64,000 nt of DNA from Candidatus Poribacteria bacterium (GTDB lineage: Bacteria > Poribacteria > WGA-4E > UBA9662), in NCBI GenBank assembly GCA_046582655.1, contig JAYGDX010000280.1:32001-96000 (forward strand), written 5' to 3'. Shown piece by piece: positions 30,893-41,847 of this stretch (the stretch's first letter is position 1; each line of letters starts with the position of its first letter). A program made the translations under genes and the position numbers. The notes under the pieces were generated by a model. It searched no databases and was not told the origin of the DNA. It saw only the letters and a list, made by a program, of their open reading frames with translations.

Positions 30893-31828
30893 TTGAGGAG
30901 AGGATTCTTGAAGGTACGTTTTTGGGGAGTACGTGGTTCAATCCCTTCACCAGGACCAGAAACAGTTCGCTATGGTGGTGATACAACTTGCATAGAGATG
31001 AGAGTTGGTACGGAAACTATCATATTTGATGCAGGTTCCGGCATCCGCCCATTGGGACTGAAACTGCTTGGTGAGGCTCAAGGCGCGCCTATCAAAGCAC
31101 ATCTGTTTATAACCCACACTCATTGGGACCATATTCAAGGGTTCCCGTTTTTTGTCCCTGCTTTTATTCCAAATAATCATATCATGATTTATGGTGCCGA
31201 CCATGAAACGATGACGCTTCCAGAACTCTTCTCTGGACAAATGGAAAAAGGGTACTTTCCCATTCCAATTGCGGCCATGGAAGCAGAACTCGAATTTATT
31301 CCAATATCTGAAGAGACGCTTAGAATTGGTGATATTGAAATTTCATCTATGTTTGTCAACCATCCAAGTATGGCATTTGCCTACCGTGTAGATTGCAATG
31401 GGCGTTCTTTTGTCTTTGGCGGGGACCATGAGCCATATAACAACATGTTATCATATAGCAAAATAGCGTACCAAGTCGACGGAAAACAGTTGGATATTGA
31501 AGAAAATGGGAAAGAAAAATTTTCTAAGAAACTGGATGAAAAATTAGCATCCTTTTGTCAAGATGCTGATTTGCTTGTTTTTGATACTGCCTATACCTTG
31601 GACTTATATCAGCAACGAGAAGGGTGGGGGCATTCTTACCCGGAGTATGCAGTTCATATTGCCAAGATGGCAGGGATAAAACGACTCGCTCTCACTCATC
31701 ATGATCCAACTGACACCGACGAGAAGGTGGACGCAAAAGTAGAAAATACCCGCCAGTTTATCAAAGCATCCAATTTGAGCATTGAATGTTTCGCCGCGCA
31801 AGTTGCGCTTGAAGTAAGCATTGAGTAA
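30893..31828 (+). CDS. MBL-fold metallo-hydrolase
   Basis: FWGVRGSIP, YGGDTTC, DAGSG, THTHWDHIQG, HP, GWGHS, THHDP. Confidence 0.92.
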   Translation: MRRGFLKVRFWGVRGSIPSPGPETVRYGGDTTCIEMRVGTETIIFDAGSGIRPLGLKLLGEAQGAPIKAHLFITHTHWDHIQGFPFFVPAFIPNNHIMIYGADHETMTLPELFSGQMEKGYFPIPIAAMEAELEFIPISEETLRIGDIEISSMFVNHPSMAFAYRVDCNGRSFVFGGDHEPYNNMLSYSKIAYQVDGKQLDIEENGKEKFSKKLDEKLASFCQDADLLVFDTAYTLDLYQQREGWGHSYPEYAVHIAKMAGIKRLALTHHDPTDTDEKVDAKVENTRQFIKASNLSIECFAAQVALEVSIE

Positions 31829-31856
31829 CCTGCCTGACTTTTAGCAAAATTTCTTA

Positions 31857-33410
31857 TCACAGAATGTATTTGCTCAAATCCTGATCTTTGACAATATCTG
31901 ATAACTCTTGGTCTACGTATTCTGACGAAATGGTAATTTCTTGGCTCTCAAGATCGGGTGCCTCAAAAGAGATGTTCTCAAAGAGCTTTTCCATAATTGT
32001 ATGCAGTCGACGTGCGCCAATATCCTCGATAGATTCATTGACCTGAAAAGCTAACTCAGAAATACTCTTTATTGCATCATCCGTCATTTCAATCTTAATC
32101 CCTTCTGTTTGCATCATCGCGATATATTGTTTTGTCAACGCGTTTTTAGGTTCGGTTAGAATACGTTTCAGATCTGATTGGTCTAGGCTTTTTAGTTCAA
32201 CACGAATTGGGAATCGCCCCTGTAACTCGGGAATCATGTCCGAAGGTTTTGCTGAGTGAAATGCCCCTGCTGCAATAAAGAGGATATGGTCCGTCTTTAC
32301 CATTCCGTGTTTAGTCATTACATTGCAGCCTTCAACAATCGGCAATATGTCGCGCTGGACTCCCTCACGAGAAACATCTGGACCGGATGCTGACGAAGAT
32401 TCACGACCAGCAATCTTATCGATTTCATCCAGAAAAACAATACCTGAATTTTCGACTCGGCCAATTGCTTCACTGACAACTTTGTCCATATCAATTAGTT
32501 TTTCAGCTTCTTCTTGAATCAGGATCTCGCGTGCTTCAGTAACAGTCACAAGTCGTTTTTTGGTCTGTTTCGGCATCATACTTCCGAAGACGTCTTTAAA
32601 ATTGATGTCCATTTCTTCGATACCACTGGGAGAAAAGATCTCAATGAATGGCATCGTTCGGTTTTTTACGTCAATTTCGATCGGTTTATCTTCGAACTTG
32701 CCATCTTTCAGCATCCGACGAAATTTCTCTCGCGTTCGAGAATACCTTTCGTGTTCTGGATTCGCCTTTATTTCCTGCTGACCTGAATCCAGCCTGGCAT
32801 TTTCGTTTTGATTCTCTTCTTCTATCAGAAAATCACCGATCTGGATTTCAAATTGAATTTCGTCATCATTCTGATCCTCTTCTACAGATTGATCTTCTGT
32901 TTCTACAGATTGATCTTCTGTTTTCTCCTCAACTTCCTCTTTTTTATCCGGGCGTGCGGGTGGCGGTGGTATCAGAAAATCCAGTATACGCTCTTCAACC
33001 AGTTCAATTGCCTTTTCTCTTACTGTTTCAGCCTGTTCGGCTTTTACCATGTTAATTGATAGATCGCTAAGATCACGGATCATTGATTCAACATCACGAC
33101 CAACATAACCAACTTCTGTGTACTTTGAGGCTTCGACCTTTATAAAAGGTGCATCGACCAACCGAGCTAACCTCCGAGCAATCTCTGTCTTTCCAACACC
33201 TGTTGATCCGATCATAATGATGTTTTTGGGAGCGACTTCATCTTGCATGTCGTCCTCTAGCATTTGACGACGTATTCGGTTACGAAGTGCAATTGCCACT
33301 GAACGCTTGGCTTCGTCCTGCCCGATAATATATTTATCTAATTCCTCAACGATTTGTTTGGGTGTAAGTGTTTCTAGTAACTTGTTCTGAGAAGGTGAAG
33401 GTTTACTCAT
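31857..33410 (-). CDS. hslU: ATP-dependent protease ATPase subunit HslU
   Basis: [71 protein letters not shown]. Confidence 0.97.
   Translation of the reverse strand: MSKPSPSQNKLLETLTPKQIVEELDKYIIGQDEAKRSVAIALRNRIRRQMLEDDMQDEVAPKNIIMIGSTGVGKTEIARRLARLVDAPFIKVEASKYTEVGYVGRDVESMIRDLSDLSINMVKAEQAETVREKAIELVEERILDFLIPPPPARPDKKEEVEEKTEDQSVETEDQSVEEDQNDDEIQFEIQIGDFLIEEENQNENARLDSGQQEIKANPEHERYSRTREKFRRMLKDGKFEDKPIEIDVKNRTMPFIEIFSPSGIEEMDINFKDVFGSMMPKQTKKRLVTVTEAREILIQEEAEKLIDMDKVVSEAIGRVENSGIVFLDEIDKIAGRESSSASGPDVSREGVQRDILPIVEGCNVMTKHGMVKTDHILFIAAGAFHSAKPSDMIPELQGRFPIRVELKSLDQSDLKRILTEPKNALTKQYIAMMQTEGIKIEMTDDAIKSISELAFQVNESIEDIGARRLHTIMEKLFENISFEAPDLESQEITISSEYVDQELSDIVKDQDLSKYIL
32880..32921. 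repeat. Exact 21-bp tandem duplication inside hslU
   Basis: TTCTACAGATTGATCTTCTGT twice (TEDQSVE twice in the protein). Confidence 0.9.
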
Positions 33411-33446
33411 AACCTACACGAACCTCCAATTCACCTATGATTTGGG

Positions 33447-33977
33447 TTATTTTGTTAATTTTTCAATCTCAATCTGATTATTGGTATAGATGCAAATTTC
33501 ACTTGCAATCTTGAGCGATTCGGACACAATTTCAACTGCGCTCAATTCTGAATGTTGTATTAAAGATCTGGCTGAGGCTAGAGCAATATCCCCACCGGCT
33601 CCGATTGCCAAAACCCCATCATCTGGCATAATGAGATCCCCATTACCGGAAATTAAATAGGAAGTATCAGCATCAGCGGCGATCATCAAAGCCTCCATAC
33701 GTCTGAGGATACGATCTGTCCGCCATTCCTTGGCAAGTTCATGCGCTGCTCTTTGAAGATGCCTGTGCTGCTCTAGTTTATTTTCTAGCATTTCGTATAG
33801 TGTAAGTCCATCCGCAGCTGACCCTGCAAAACCAATCAGCACACGATCGTCGTAGATTTTTCGGATTTTTTTAGCTCTATGTTTAACGATAGTATCACCG
33901 AGCGTTACTTGCCCGTCACCACCAATAGCAACATCACCATTTCTTCTAACGGTGATAATTGTTGTTGATTTAATCAT
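33447..33977 (-). CDS. hslV: ATP-dependent protease peptidase subunit HslV
   Basis: [43 protein letters not shown]. Start at ATG 33977 (MIKSTT). Confidence 0.96.
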   Translation of the reverse strand: MIKSTTIITVRRNGDVAIGGDGQVTLGDTIVKHRAKKIRKIYDDRVLIGFAGSAADGLTLYEMLENKLEQHRHLQRAAHELAKEWRTDRILRRMEALMIAADADTSYLISGNGDLIMPDDGVLAIGAGGDIALASARSLIQHSELSAVEIVSESLKIASEICIYTNNQIEIEKLTK

Positions 33978-34005
33978 CTTCTTCCTTCTGTATGATCTCT
34001 TTATT

Positions 34006-34740
34006 CTAGCGTCCAATGCCTAATCGATCAGCATGCCAACTTGGAAGCCCTTCTTTACGGATTTGGTCCTGCGCGCTACGAATATCGTACTCAATTCGTT
34101 TCCAGTAGATCACTTTTTCATCGGTATCAAGAATTGCGATACTTGCACGTGAGTCGAGGTCTCGCGGTTGACCAACTGCTCCAGGGTTGATCAGGTACCG
34201 CTTTTTCTTTGAAAGAGGATAGTAAAAATCACTCTCTGGATAAAGTGTTGAAACTTTAGTGTCGATCGAATGCATCACCGCAATATGCGTGCGTGCAAAC
34301 AGAGTAATCCAATTCTTGAATTTCCGAAATTCCCTTTTTACATCTCTTCGGCTTAAGATGTAAAAATCTTTGCTATGAGGGCTACCGTGCGTAATCTCAA
34401 TACCGTCTTCAATCTTCATCAATCCGTTATTAAATGTGCCTAAGTATTCTTTGTTGCCGGACGTAACCTGTTGTCGAGTCCATAAAATGCTGTAGCGTGC
34501 ATGCGTCTGGAAATCGATTGCCGGCGCGTTATCAACAACAATCCGATCATGGGTTCCACAAACCGCAACGTGCAATTTGATCGTTCTCAATAATTCAATA
34601 GTTTCATTCGGTTGTGCACCATACCCAACAAGATCCCCCAAAAAAAGGGATTGATCAACCCTTTCTTGCTTTAGTACAGATAAAATGGCTTTTAAGGCCT
34701 CAAGATTCGCGTGAACATCAGCAAAAACGAAGTAACGCAT
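34006..34740 (-). CDS. Calcineurin-like metallophosphoesterase with degenerate motifs
   Basis: [40 protein letters not shown]. Confidence 0.85.
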   Translation of the reverse strand: MRYFVFADVHANLEALKAILSVLKQERVDQSLFLGDLVGYGAQPNETIELLRTIKLHVAVCGTHDRIVVDNAPAIDFQTHARYSILWTRQQVTSGNKEYLGTFNNGLMKIEDGIEITHGSPHSKDFYILSRRDVKREFRKFKNWITLFARTHIAVMHSIDTKVSTLYPESDFYYPLSKKKRYLINPGAVGQPRDLDSRASIAILDTDEKVIYWKRIEYDIRSAQDQIRKEGLPSWHADRLGIGR

Positions 34741-35110
34741 GGAATCCCCAACTTCAGATGCAATCTATTTCCTACTGTCAAATTTAACTTTTTGGTTACG
34801 AATGAATGGAAAATGTCATTCAAGTATCAGATTTGATTTGGAAATAGTATGAAGGCAAACAACGTTGATCTTCAGCAGTTGGGACAAATTGATGTTCTAA
34901 CATTTATCGAGTAGACTTTAGACTCTTTGCAAACAAAATTAAATGGTGATTCCTTACAATAAACAAATTCACGCTAGATTAAGTATCACCAACATGTTGA
35001 TAGATTAGAGCCATGTACCATTGATTGGTTAAAAAATATACCTTGCTGTACTTTCGTATAGACAGACTTGATTATATCAGAACGCTTTAACAGTCGCAAG
35101 TAGAAAGTAA

Positions 35111-36094
35111 CTAAGAACCCGACTGAAAATTTGCAATCATTTTACCGTCTGTTAGATCCCAAATCCGTATTATACCATCACGTCCTCCACTAACGAGAAA
35201 ACGGCCTTCAATACTGAGATTGACTGCGTAAACTTCATCGTCTGGTTGATTGAATTCAAAGAGTTTATTACCCGATTGAAAATCCCAGACAATAACCGAG
35301 TGATCAGCACTTCCTGAAACAATGATTACTTGGCCATTAAAAACCCCGCAGTCAACTGCGTAAACCGGACCATTGTGCTCATAATAAACACGGTTCAGTA
35401 TCCCACGTATACCACGATCTGATTCGATGATCCGCCAAGAACGAACAACATGATCCGTTGAACCGGAAACGATTAGGTTATCAGGACCAAATCGGACGGT
35501 ATTCACTGCACCATCATTTTGATCAAAGCTGACTACCACAAGGTATGTTTCGGCAGACCAGATCTTGATGGTCTTGTCTGCCCCAGCAGTTGCAAAGTAT
35601 TTGCCATCGTGACGAAAGTCTGCGGCTAAAACCCGATCAACATGCTGCGTTAAGATTTGCTTTTCTCCATTGAACGAAATGTTCGTTAGTATTACTGTTT
35701 TGTCCATACTGGCGGTTACAATCTTTTCGCCAGATGGGCTAACTGAGATGGCTTCAATCGTGTCTGCATGGATTTGAATATTTTGATATGGTTCAGAGTC
35801 ATCGTCCAATAACCAAAACTTCAACTCACCAAATCTGCTTGGCGATCCACCAGCGGCAACAACACGATCCCCTCCATTTAAAAACATCACCGATCTTACC
35901 GCATCGGCGTGATCTTCAAAGGTCTTCACAGTTTGTCGCGTTTGCAAATCCCAAATTTCTAACCACTGATAGGTGCCAACAGCAAGCAACTTGCCATCAG
36001 GACTAAAATCAACGGACTAGATCGGAGAAACCGGAGCGCTTACACAAATGCCGCTTAAAAAAAGAAAAAGTATAATTGTAATTCTTATCTTCAT
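35111..36094 (-). CDS. Exported WD40-repeat protein interrupted by an in-frame TAG at codon 26 (pseudogene or sequencing error)
   Basis: From ATG 36094: MKIRITIILFLFLSGICVSAPVSPI*SVDFSPDGKLLAVG, in frame with ORF 35111..35989; WD repeats (HADAVRSV, TAGADKTIKIW, SGSADHSVIVWD, GGRDGIIRIWD). Confidence 0.85.
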
Positions 36095-36274
36095 TTTGTT
36101 TTAACTTTATTGTTTTCAACTGTATTGGAAATTATAGTCTCGTATTGTGCTAGTTTCGCCAAAGGTGTCAAACTGTGAACCAAGTTATCTTTATCGTTTC
36201 AAAACCTGTAGATTTGTGCTACAATTTTTTATTATAACATATAACAACTGTTCATCAAGATTGCTGATTTTTAG

Positions 36275-37375
36275 ATGATTTATTACCTGTTTTTTGAGTC
36301 TTTGCGAGAATATTTCCCACTATTTAATGTCTTCCGTTATATTAGTTTTCGGGCAATTTACGCCACAATTACTGCTCTTGTTATTTCACTCGTTTTCGGT
36401 CCGTTTGTTATTGGCAAACTACAGCAATTAGAGATTAAGCAGTTTATTCGTGATGATGGTCCTGAAACGCACCAAGACAAAGCTGGTACGCCTACAATGG
36501 GAGGCATGCTGATTCTAGCGTCAGTGCTAATATCGGTATTGTTGTGGGCACGCCTGAATCAACCTGCAATTATTGTACTAATCCTCAGCGTTTCTTGGTT
36601 TGGATTACTTGGTTTTATCGATGATTATCAGAAGATTACAAGGCAGCAATCTTTTGGCCTCAGTGTAAAACAGAAGATTCTGTTACAGTCTCTCGGTGCG
36701 CTGGCAATATCAATTTATCTTTATTACACTGATAGTTTATCAAGTAATGGAACTTCTAACACTGCTCTTATATTTCCGTTTTTCAAAAATTTTCGGCCGG
36801 ATATCGGGATTCTGTTCATACCATTTGCCTCGATTGTTATTGTTGGGGCATCGAACGCTGTCAACTTAACAGATGGACTGGATGGTTTAGCAATCGGATG
36901 CGTCATTTTTGTGGCTGCAACCTTTGGAGTGCTTGGCTATTTGACAAGCCATCAAAGGTTGGCAGATTACCTTGATATTGCACATCTTCCGGAAAATGGG
37001 GAAGCGGCAACGATCTTTTGTTCGGCACTTATTGGCTCTGGGCTTGGTTTTCTATGGTACAATTGCCATCCCGCACAAATTTTTATGGGAGATACGGGTT
37101 CACTGGCACTTGGTGGTGTAATTGGTACTATTGCTCTGTTGGTTAAACAAGAGATTTTGCTTGTTATCGCTGGCGGGATATTTGTCGTCGAAGCAATGTC
37201 GGTTATTTTACAAGTTGGCTCATTCAGAATCCGCGGAAAGAGAATTTTTAAAATGGCTCCGTTACATCACCACTTCGAGCAGGTTGGTTGGAAGGAAACA
37301 AAAGTTGTCAACAGATTTTGGATTATCGCACTCATTTTGATGTTAATTGCACTAAGTACGCTGAAAATCAGATAG
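36275..37375 (+). CDS. mraY: Phospho-N-acetylmuramoyl-pentapeptide transferase
   Basis: KAGTPTMGG, GFIDDY, SNAVNLTDGLDGL, PAQIFMGDTGS, MAPLHHHFE. Confidence 0.97.
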   Translation: MIYYLFFESLREYFPLFNVFRYISFRAIYATITALVISLVFGPFVIGKLQQLEIKQFIRDDGPETHQDKAGTPTMGGMLILASVLISVLLWARLNQPAIIVLILSVSWFGLLGFIDDYQKITRQQSFGLSVKQKILLQSLGALAISIYLYYTDSLSSNGTSNTALIFPFFKNFRPDIGILFIPFASIVIVGASNAVNLTDGLDGLAIGCVIFVAATFGVLGYLTSHQRLADYLDIAHLPENGEAATIFCSALIGSGLGFLWYNCHPAQIFMGDTGSLALGGVIGTIALLVKQEILLVIAGGIFVVEAMSVILQVGSFRIRGKRIFKMAPLHHHFEQVGWKETKVVNRFWIIALILMLIALSTLKIR

Positions 37376-37410
37376 AAAATAAGATCTTGAATCAAATCTA
37401 GGAGGGAATT

Positions 37411-38484
37411 GTGGCGATTCCGGTGATTCATGTTGGATGTACAAATTTTGCGCATGGAAGGTTACAAGCGTTGGTCAATTGTGATGGACTATATCCTGCT
37501 GCTTGTGTAGACATAGATCTAGATGCTGCACGAGAGGGTATCAAGAGTCTGGACGGTGATGTGCCTGATGGGCTTGCGGATCGGATTTATCCGTCTATTA
37601 CTGAAGCTTCTCAGAACCATAAAGCGCAGGCATGTTTGATTTATGCATCAACAACTGCCCATGTCGAGCTGGTGGTTGAAAGCCTTGGTCTTGGCTTACA
37701 TACGCTTTGTGTTAAGCCAATTGTGACAGATCAGTCTGAGTTTCGTGAGATCATGGAAGCCCACAAAAGAAATCCGAAGCTTGTGTTGGTTCAAGGCCAG
37801 AATAAACGGTGGAACCCAGCCGCTGCCAAAATGCGTGAATGGTTGTTTGAAGAAAATGGAATTGGCGAAATGCTTGGTGGCGAATGCCGCTTTTGGATCC
37901 GGCAAAATCTGCACACAGGACCTCACTCCCGTCAGCCTGATGCGTTCGTAGAAGGCTTGTTCTTTCATGCTGGTACCAGCCATCAACTTGACCAGTTAGT
38001 GGCTGCTAAGGGAACACCTAAGTATGTTATGGCTCGGGCACATAGACGGGTAGATTATGAATTGGGTCAAACCGGTGTCTGGGGAACTGCGGGTGGTCAA
38101 GCGCTACTGGAATATGAAAATGGTGCGTGTATCAGTTATACTGGCACACGGGCCTCGCATGCCAGAACACCATTTGGTTGGAGTGGCAGCTGGACATTTC
38201 ACGGTACTAACGGAGACATTCGTCGAGATAGCGGTCACCTTCAGCTTTTCCGAGAAGGCGAATGTATTGAGGACCTGGAACTTCAAGATCTGCATCCGGG
38301 GCTCATTGAAGACGATCGGATCCAATTTGACGCGTTTGCCCAAGCAATATCAACAGGCAAAGATCGGTATTGGATTCAGGAGACATCACTCGGTACATGG
38401 CTAACTATGGAAGCGTGTAACGCCTCCGCTCGAGGACATGAACGAATCGATCTGGATGAGCTGCGCTCAAGCCTGATTGACTAA
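37411..38484 (+). CDS. Divergent Gfo/Idh/MocA family oxidoreductase
   Basis: Rossmann-like start IHVGC, H...LGLHTLCVKP (EKP-like), VQGQNKRW, HQLD. Confidence 0.75.
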   Translation: MAIPVIHVGCTNFAHGRLQALVNCDGLYPAACVDIDLDAAREGIKSLDGDVPDGLADRIYPSITEASQNHKAQACLIYASTTAHVELVVESLGLGLHTLCVKPIVTDQSEFREIMEAHKRNPKLVLVQGQNKRWNPAAAKMREWLFEENGIGEMLGGECRFWIRQNLHTGPHSRQPDAFVEGLFFHAGTSHQLDQLVAAKGTPKYVMARAHRRVDYELGQTGVWGTAGGQALLEYENGACISYTGTRASHARTPFGWSGSWTFHGTNGDIRRDSGHLQLFREGECIEDLELQDLHPGLIEDDRIQFDAFAQAISTGKDRYWIQETSLGTWLTMEACNASARGHERIDLDELRSSLID

Positions 38485-39079
38485 GAAATTAATGGTAAGT
38501 CACATTTTGGGTGGGAAAATTTCGAATATTGTTCTTGCTTCTGCTTCGCCACGCAGGGCGCAATTGCTACGCCAAATTGGACTGGAATTCCAGATTCTGC
38601 CAAGTCAGATTAATGAACCAAGCATTGGGAGTCAACCTGTCGACACCACGAAACATATCGCTTATGAAAAAGCAAAGGCCGTTGTTGATCAGGTAGAATC
38701 TGGGCTTATTATTGGCGCTGATACTACGGTAGTTATGGATCAGGAGGCATTTGGCAAACCCTCCAGCTGTCAGCAGGCGGTTGAGTTTCTGAAAAAACTC
38801 AGCGGAAACCTTCATCACGTAATTACTGGTGTCGCTTTGATAGATCTCAATCGAAAAACTGAAGTTATATGGTCTGAGACAACTTCAGTTTTTTTTCGTC
38901 GGTTGCGAAGTGAAGAAATAAAAGCGTATGTAGCAAGCGGTGAAGCAAATGACAAAGCAGGTGCCTATGGGATTCAAGGGAAAGCTGCTGCTTTTGTTGA
39001 AAGAATAGAAGGTTGTTACTTCAACGTAGTCGGGTTGCCCCTAGCTAGTTTAACTGAGAAATTATACCAGATTCGCTAG
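38477..39079 (+). CDS. maf: Maf family nucleoside triphosphate pyrophosphatase
   Basis: VLASASPRR, IGADT, GKP, DKAGAYGIQG, NVVGLP. Confidence 0.93.
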   Translation: MTKKLMVSHILGGKISNIVLASASPRRAQLLRQIGLEFQILPSQINEPSIGSQPVDTTKHIAYEKAKAVVDQVESGLIIGADTTVVMDQEAFGKPSSCQQAVEFLKKLSGNLHHVITGVALIDLNRKTEVIWSETTSVFFRRLRSEEIKAYVASGEANDKAGAYGIQGKAAAFVERIEGCYFNVVGLPLASLTEKLYQIR

Positions 39080-39088
39080 ACGTAATTC

Positions 39089-41032
39089 TTACAGTCTCTC
39101 ATCCTTAACCTTGATTTGTTGACGCATGGTATTATACCAATTGTTGTAGGTAGTACTCTTCTTAGATTGAAGCAGGGATTTTCGAACTTTAGCTTGTCCA
39201 GCGACTTCATTTTCTAGCTTATCCATCTCCGGTTCTTCAATCTCTGTCAGCTGAATGATAAAACAATCACTATTTCCTTGTATTGGACTGTGAATCTCGC
39301 TTGCCTCCATTTGAAAGGCGCTAAACATGGCTTCGCTTGAGGATCCCATGTTTGAGATATAATCGCTGGTGGCGGAAAGTGCAAATAACCCGCTCTCTTT
39401 GACCTCCAGTTGTTGCCGTGATACGCCTTCAGGAGCTGTGTACTTACCTGCTAGATCTTCAAGGGATTCACCGTCAGTCAGTTGATTAAACAGTTTTTGG
39501 GCATCTTCCAGTGCCAGTTGTTTTGCTTTCTCAGTTTTTAAATCATCAATGATTTTATCCTTAACATCTTCGAAGGAAGGAATACCGGCGATTTTCTTAT
39601 CGGTAACTGTAGCGACGAAATAGGTTTCAATGTCTCCAGTACTCTTTTTTATTTCAATCAGATCAACACTGTCGACTTCCACATCAAAAACCTTGTCCAA
39701 CAGGTCGCCGTAAGTCCATTTTGATCCGATATTTGGGATTGTGCTGTCATCCTCGGTAAAAAATCCTGTTTCTTCTACTACTAGCTTTAACTCAGCGTAT
39801 ATCGCATTTTTAACCGCTTCATTGTAACCATCCATATCAACGTCGAATTCGAGTTCCTCTGCTAGCTGTCTTGCCTCTACACTTCCTTTGATCTTGATTA
39901 GTTTGTCTTTGATATCTTTTTTTACTTCGATGAAAGTTTGTGGTTGGCTTTTTTTATCCTCAAGTTTAATAATATGATAACCAAACTTTGATTCCACCAA
40001 ATCACTTACCTCACCAACTTCGAGTTCATCAAAGCATGCGCTTTCAAACGGCGGCACCATTTTTCCACGTTCAAAATAACCAAGTGAGCCACCATTCGGC
40101 CCTGAAGGCCCTTCGGAATGCTCTTTGGCCAGATCAGCGAAATCCCTGTCTTCATCGATTGCTTTTTTGACAGTTTTTAGTAGTTCTTCCGCTTCTCTTT
40201 TGATTTCTGATTTCTTGTTATCATCAGCGTCATCCGGAAATTTTTTAAGGATATGGCTAGCTTTAACCGAGGTGATTTCTGAATACCGGTCTATGTTGTC
40301 ATCATAATATGTTCTAACGTCATCGTCTGAGACAAAATCCTGCGAGGAAATCTTAAGGAATTTCAGATTGATTTGATCTCTCTGCCGGTATTTTTCGGCA
40401 TTCTGGTTGAAATATGTTTTGGCCTCCTCATCGGCTACTTCCGTTGCATTGTTATAATCGGAATTCCGGAACTGAATAAACTTTAGCTTTGCCTTTCGGT
40501 TCTGGCGACGGTACTCGTTTTCGACCTCCAAGTTTGTTACCAATTCCAGACCTTGAATCTTCTCCCTTAACTTAGAATTGCTCAGCTGAATCCGAATCTC
40601 ATCACGGTATAGGGCTCCAACCCCCTGACCTGCATAAAGATTGTACGTCGATAGCCAACTTGAATCATTTTGAATATGACGTTCTACTACCGCGTCATCA
40701 AGCTTGATATTTTGGCGCAACACTTCCCTCATCACAAGTTGATCAATAACCTGATTTTCTATTGTTTCTCTGTCAAGTTGTGAACTACTTTGGTTCTGCT
40801 GTTCCTGATAGCGGGTGGCATTTGAAACGAAGTCCTCGAAACTCCGTCGCGTAATTTCTGTGTCACCAATTTTGAGTACGGTTTCTTCTCCTAAATTACC
40901 TGTTCGTCCGAATAACGCATCTAGAACGTTGAAGTTGCCTTCGATAAGTAATACCGTACCCCCAAGGAAGAGGATGGTAACTACTCCTATCATAATTTGG
41001 GCAATACCCTTTTGCCTAAGAAAAACAATCAT
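39089..41032 (-). CDS. PpiD/SurA-like periplasmic chaperone with a parvulin PPIase domain
   Basis: N-terminal TM anchor; VKASHIL, FADLAKEHSE, GGSLGYF..GKMVPPFE, VESKFGYHII. Confidence 0.88.
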   Translation of the reverse strand: MIVFLRQKGIAQIMIGVVTILFLGGTVLLIEGNFNVLDALFGRTGNLGEETVLKIGDTEITRRSFEDFVSNATRYQEQQNQSSSQLDRETIENQVIDQLVMREVLRQNIKLDDAVVERHIQNDSSWLSTYNLYAGQGVGALYRDEIRIQLSNSKLREKIQGLELVTNLEVENEYRRQNRKAKLKFIQFRNSDYNNATEVADEEAKTYFNQNAEKYRQRDQINLKFLKISSQDFVSDDDVRTYYDDNIDRYSEITSVKASHILKKFPDDADDNKKSEIKREAEELLKTVKKAIDEDRDFADLAKEHSEGPSGPNGGSLGYFERGKMVPPFESACFDELEVGEVSDLVESKFGYHIIKLEDKKSQPQTFIEVKKDIKDKLIKIKGSVEARQLAEELEFDVDMDGYNEAVKNAIYAELKLVVEETGFFTEDDSTIPNIGSKWTYGDLLDKVFDVEVDSVDLIEIKKSTGDIETYFVATVTDKKIAGIPSFEDVKDKIIDDLKTEKAKQLALEDAQKLFNQLTDGESLEDLAGKYTAPEGVSRQQLEVKESGLFALSATSDYISNMGSSSEAMFSAFQMEASEIHSPIQGNSDCFIIQLTEIEEPEMDKLENEVAGQAKVRKSLLQSKKSTTYNNWYNTMRQQIKVKDERL

Positions 41033-41434
41033 TTAAATTTTGCTCCTATTGGCATTGTCTTGAGACTTACTTTCAAATTACTCGATAAATTCCGGTTTTA
41101 GCTAGATGGAAATTCTGAATAAACTAATTTGAATCAGCAGAGAAAATCAGAATAACACGTGTATGAATTAAGCAGATTAATTCACTCAACAAATCAGATA
41201 CGCTATGATAGCATTAAGGAATTGGGATTTTCAACTCAAAACATTAGTCCTAATCCAATCAAATCATAATACTTTTACTCTATGTTCAGGTGGTGGTCAA
41301 ACTCATTTTTTTATGCCATAGTTGTCGAATTTATCTTACCTTCTGATGAAAACTCTAAGTAATTTAATCTGCAAATGAGATGCTTTCAGTCCAAGCATAC
41401 TTGAATCTCATTATTCAGGGTGTGGTAACGATTT

Positions 41435-41580
41435 TCATCCAAAACAGAGTTGGCAGCAAATATCGTGAATCGTAGGTGTTACATGAGCTGATGTGATTGA
41501 CGTATTCGCAATCCCAAATGACGAACTGACCTTGGTGAACACCGTAGTGGTTGATGGTAATTTCGTGTTTGACCATGAAA
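41435..41580 (+). pseudogene. Possible decayed amidohydrolase C-terminal fragment
   Basis: HPKQSWQQIS*IVGVT*ADVIDVFAIPNDELTLVNTVVVDGNFVFDHE, with two stops; weak resemblance to the GxxAD...TxVxG tail. Confidence 0.2.
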
Positions 41581-41847
41581 CTACCTTATGTTATTTTACT
41601 TTGGTGCGGGGAGTGTTCAGATTGAGTGTCTATAAATTGCTTGGATCCAGTCAAAATCGACATAACTAGGTATTTTTAGGCTATTAAAATATGAAGAGGT
41701 ATAATGAATCCCATTGGGAATGATTGTAGTGATTCCTTATTGGCGTTAAGCAATATATTTTGATTTTATAGTTAATGAGCAAAGACGTAATGTTGTTAAA
41801 TAGGTGTTACACTAAGCGTATAATCAGTAAACATAAAAGGGGTTGGA

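Noticed and set aside
11568..36094. Stop-codon reassignment (Pyl, Sec or a variant code) to explain the in-frame TAG and TGA-TGA
   Set aside because: TAG and TGA end many intact genes here at the expected C-termini (mraY TAG, hslU TGA), and no pyl or sel genes are in the window
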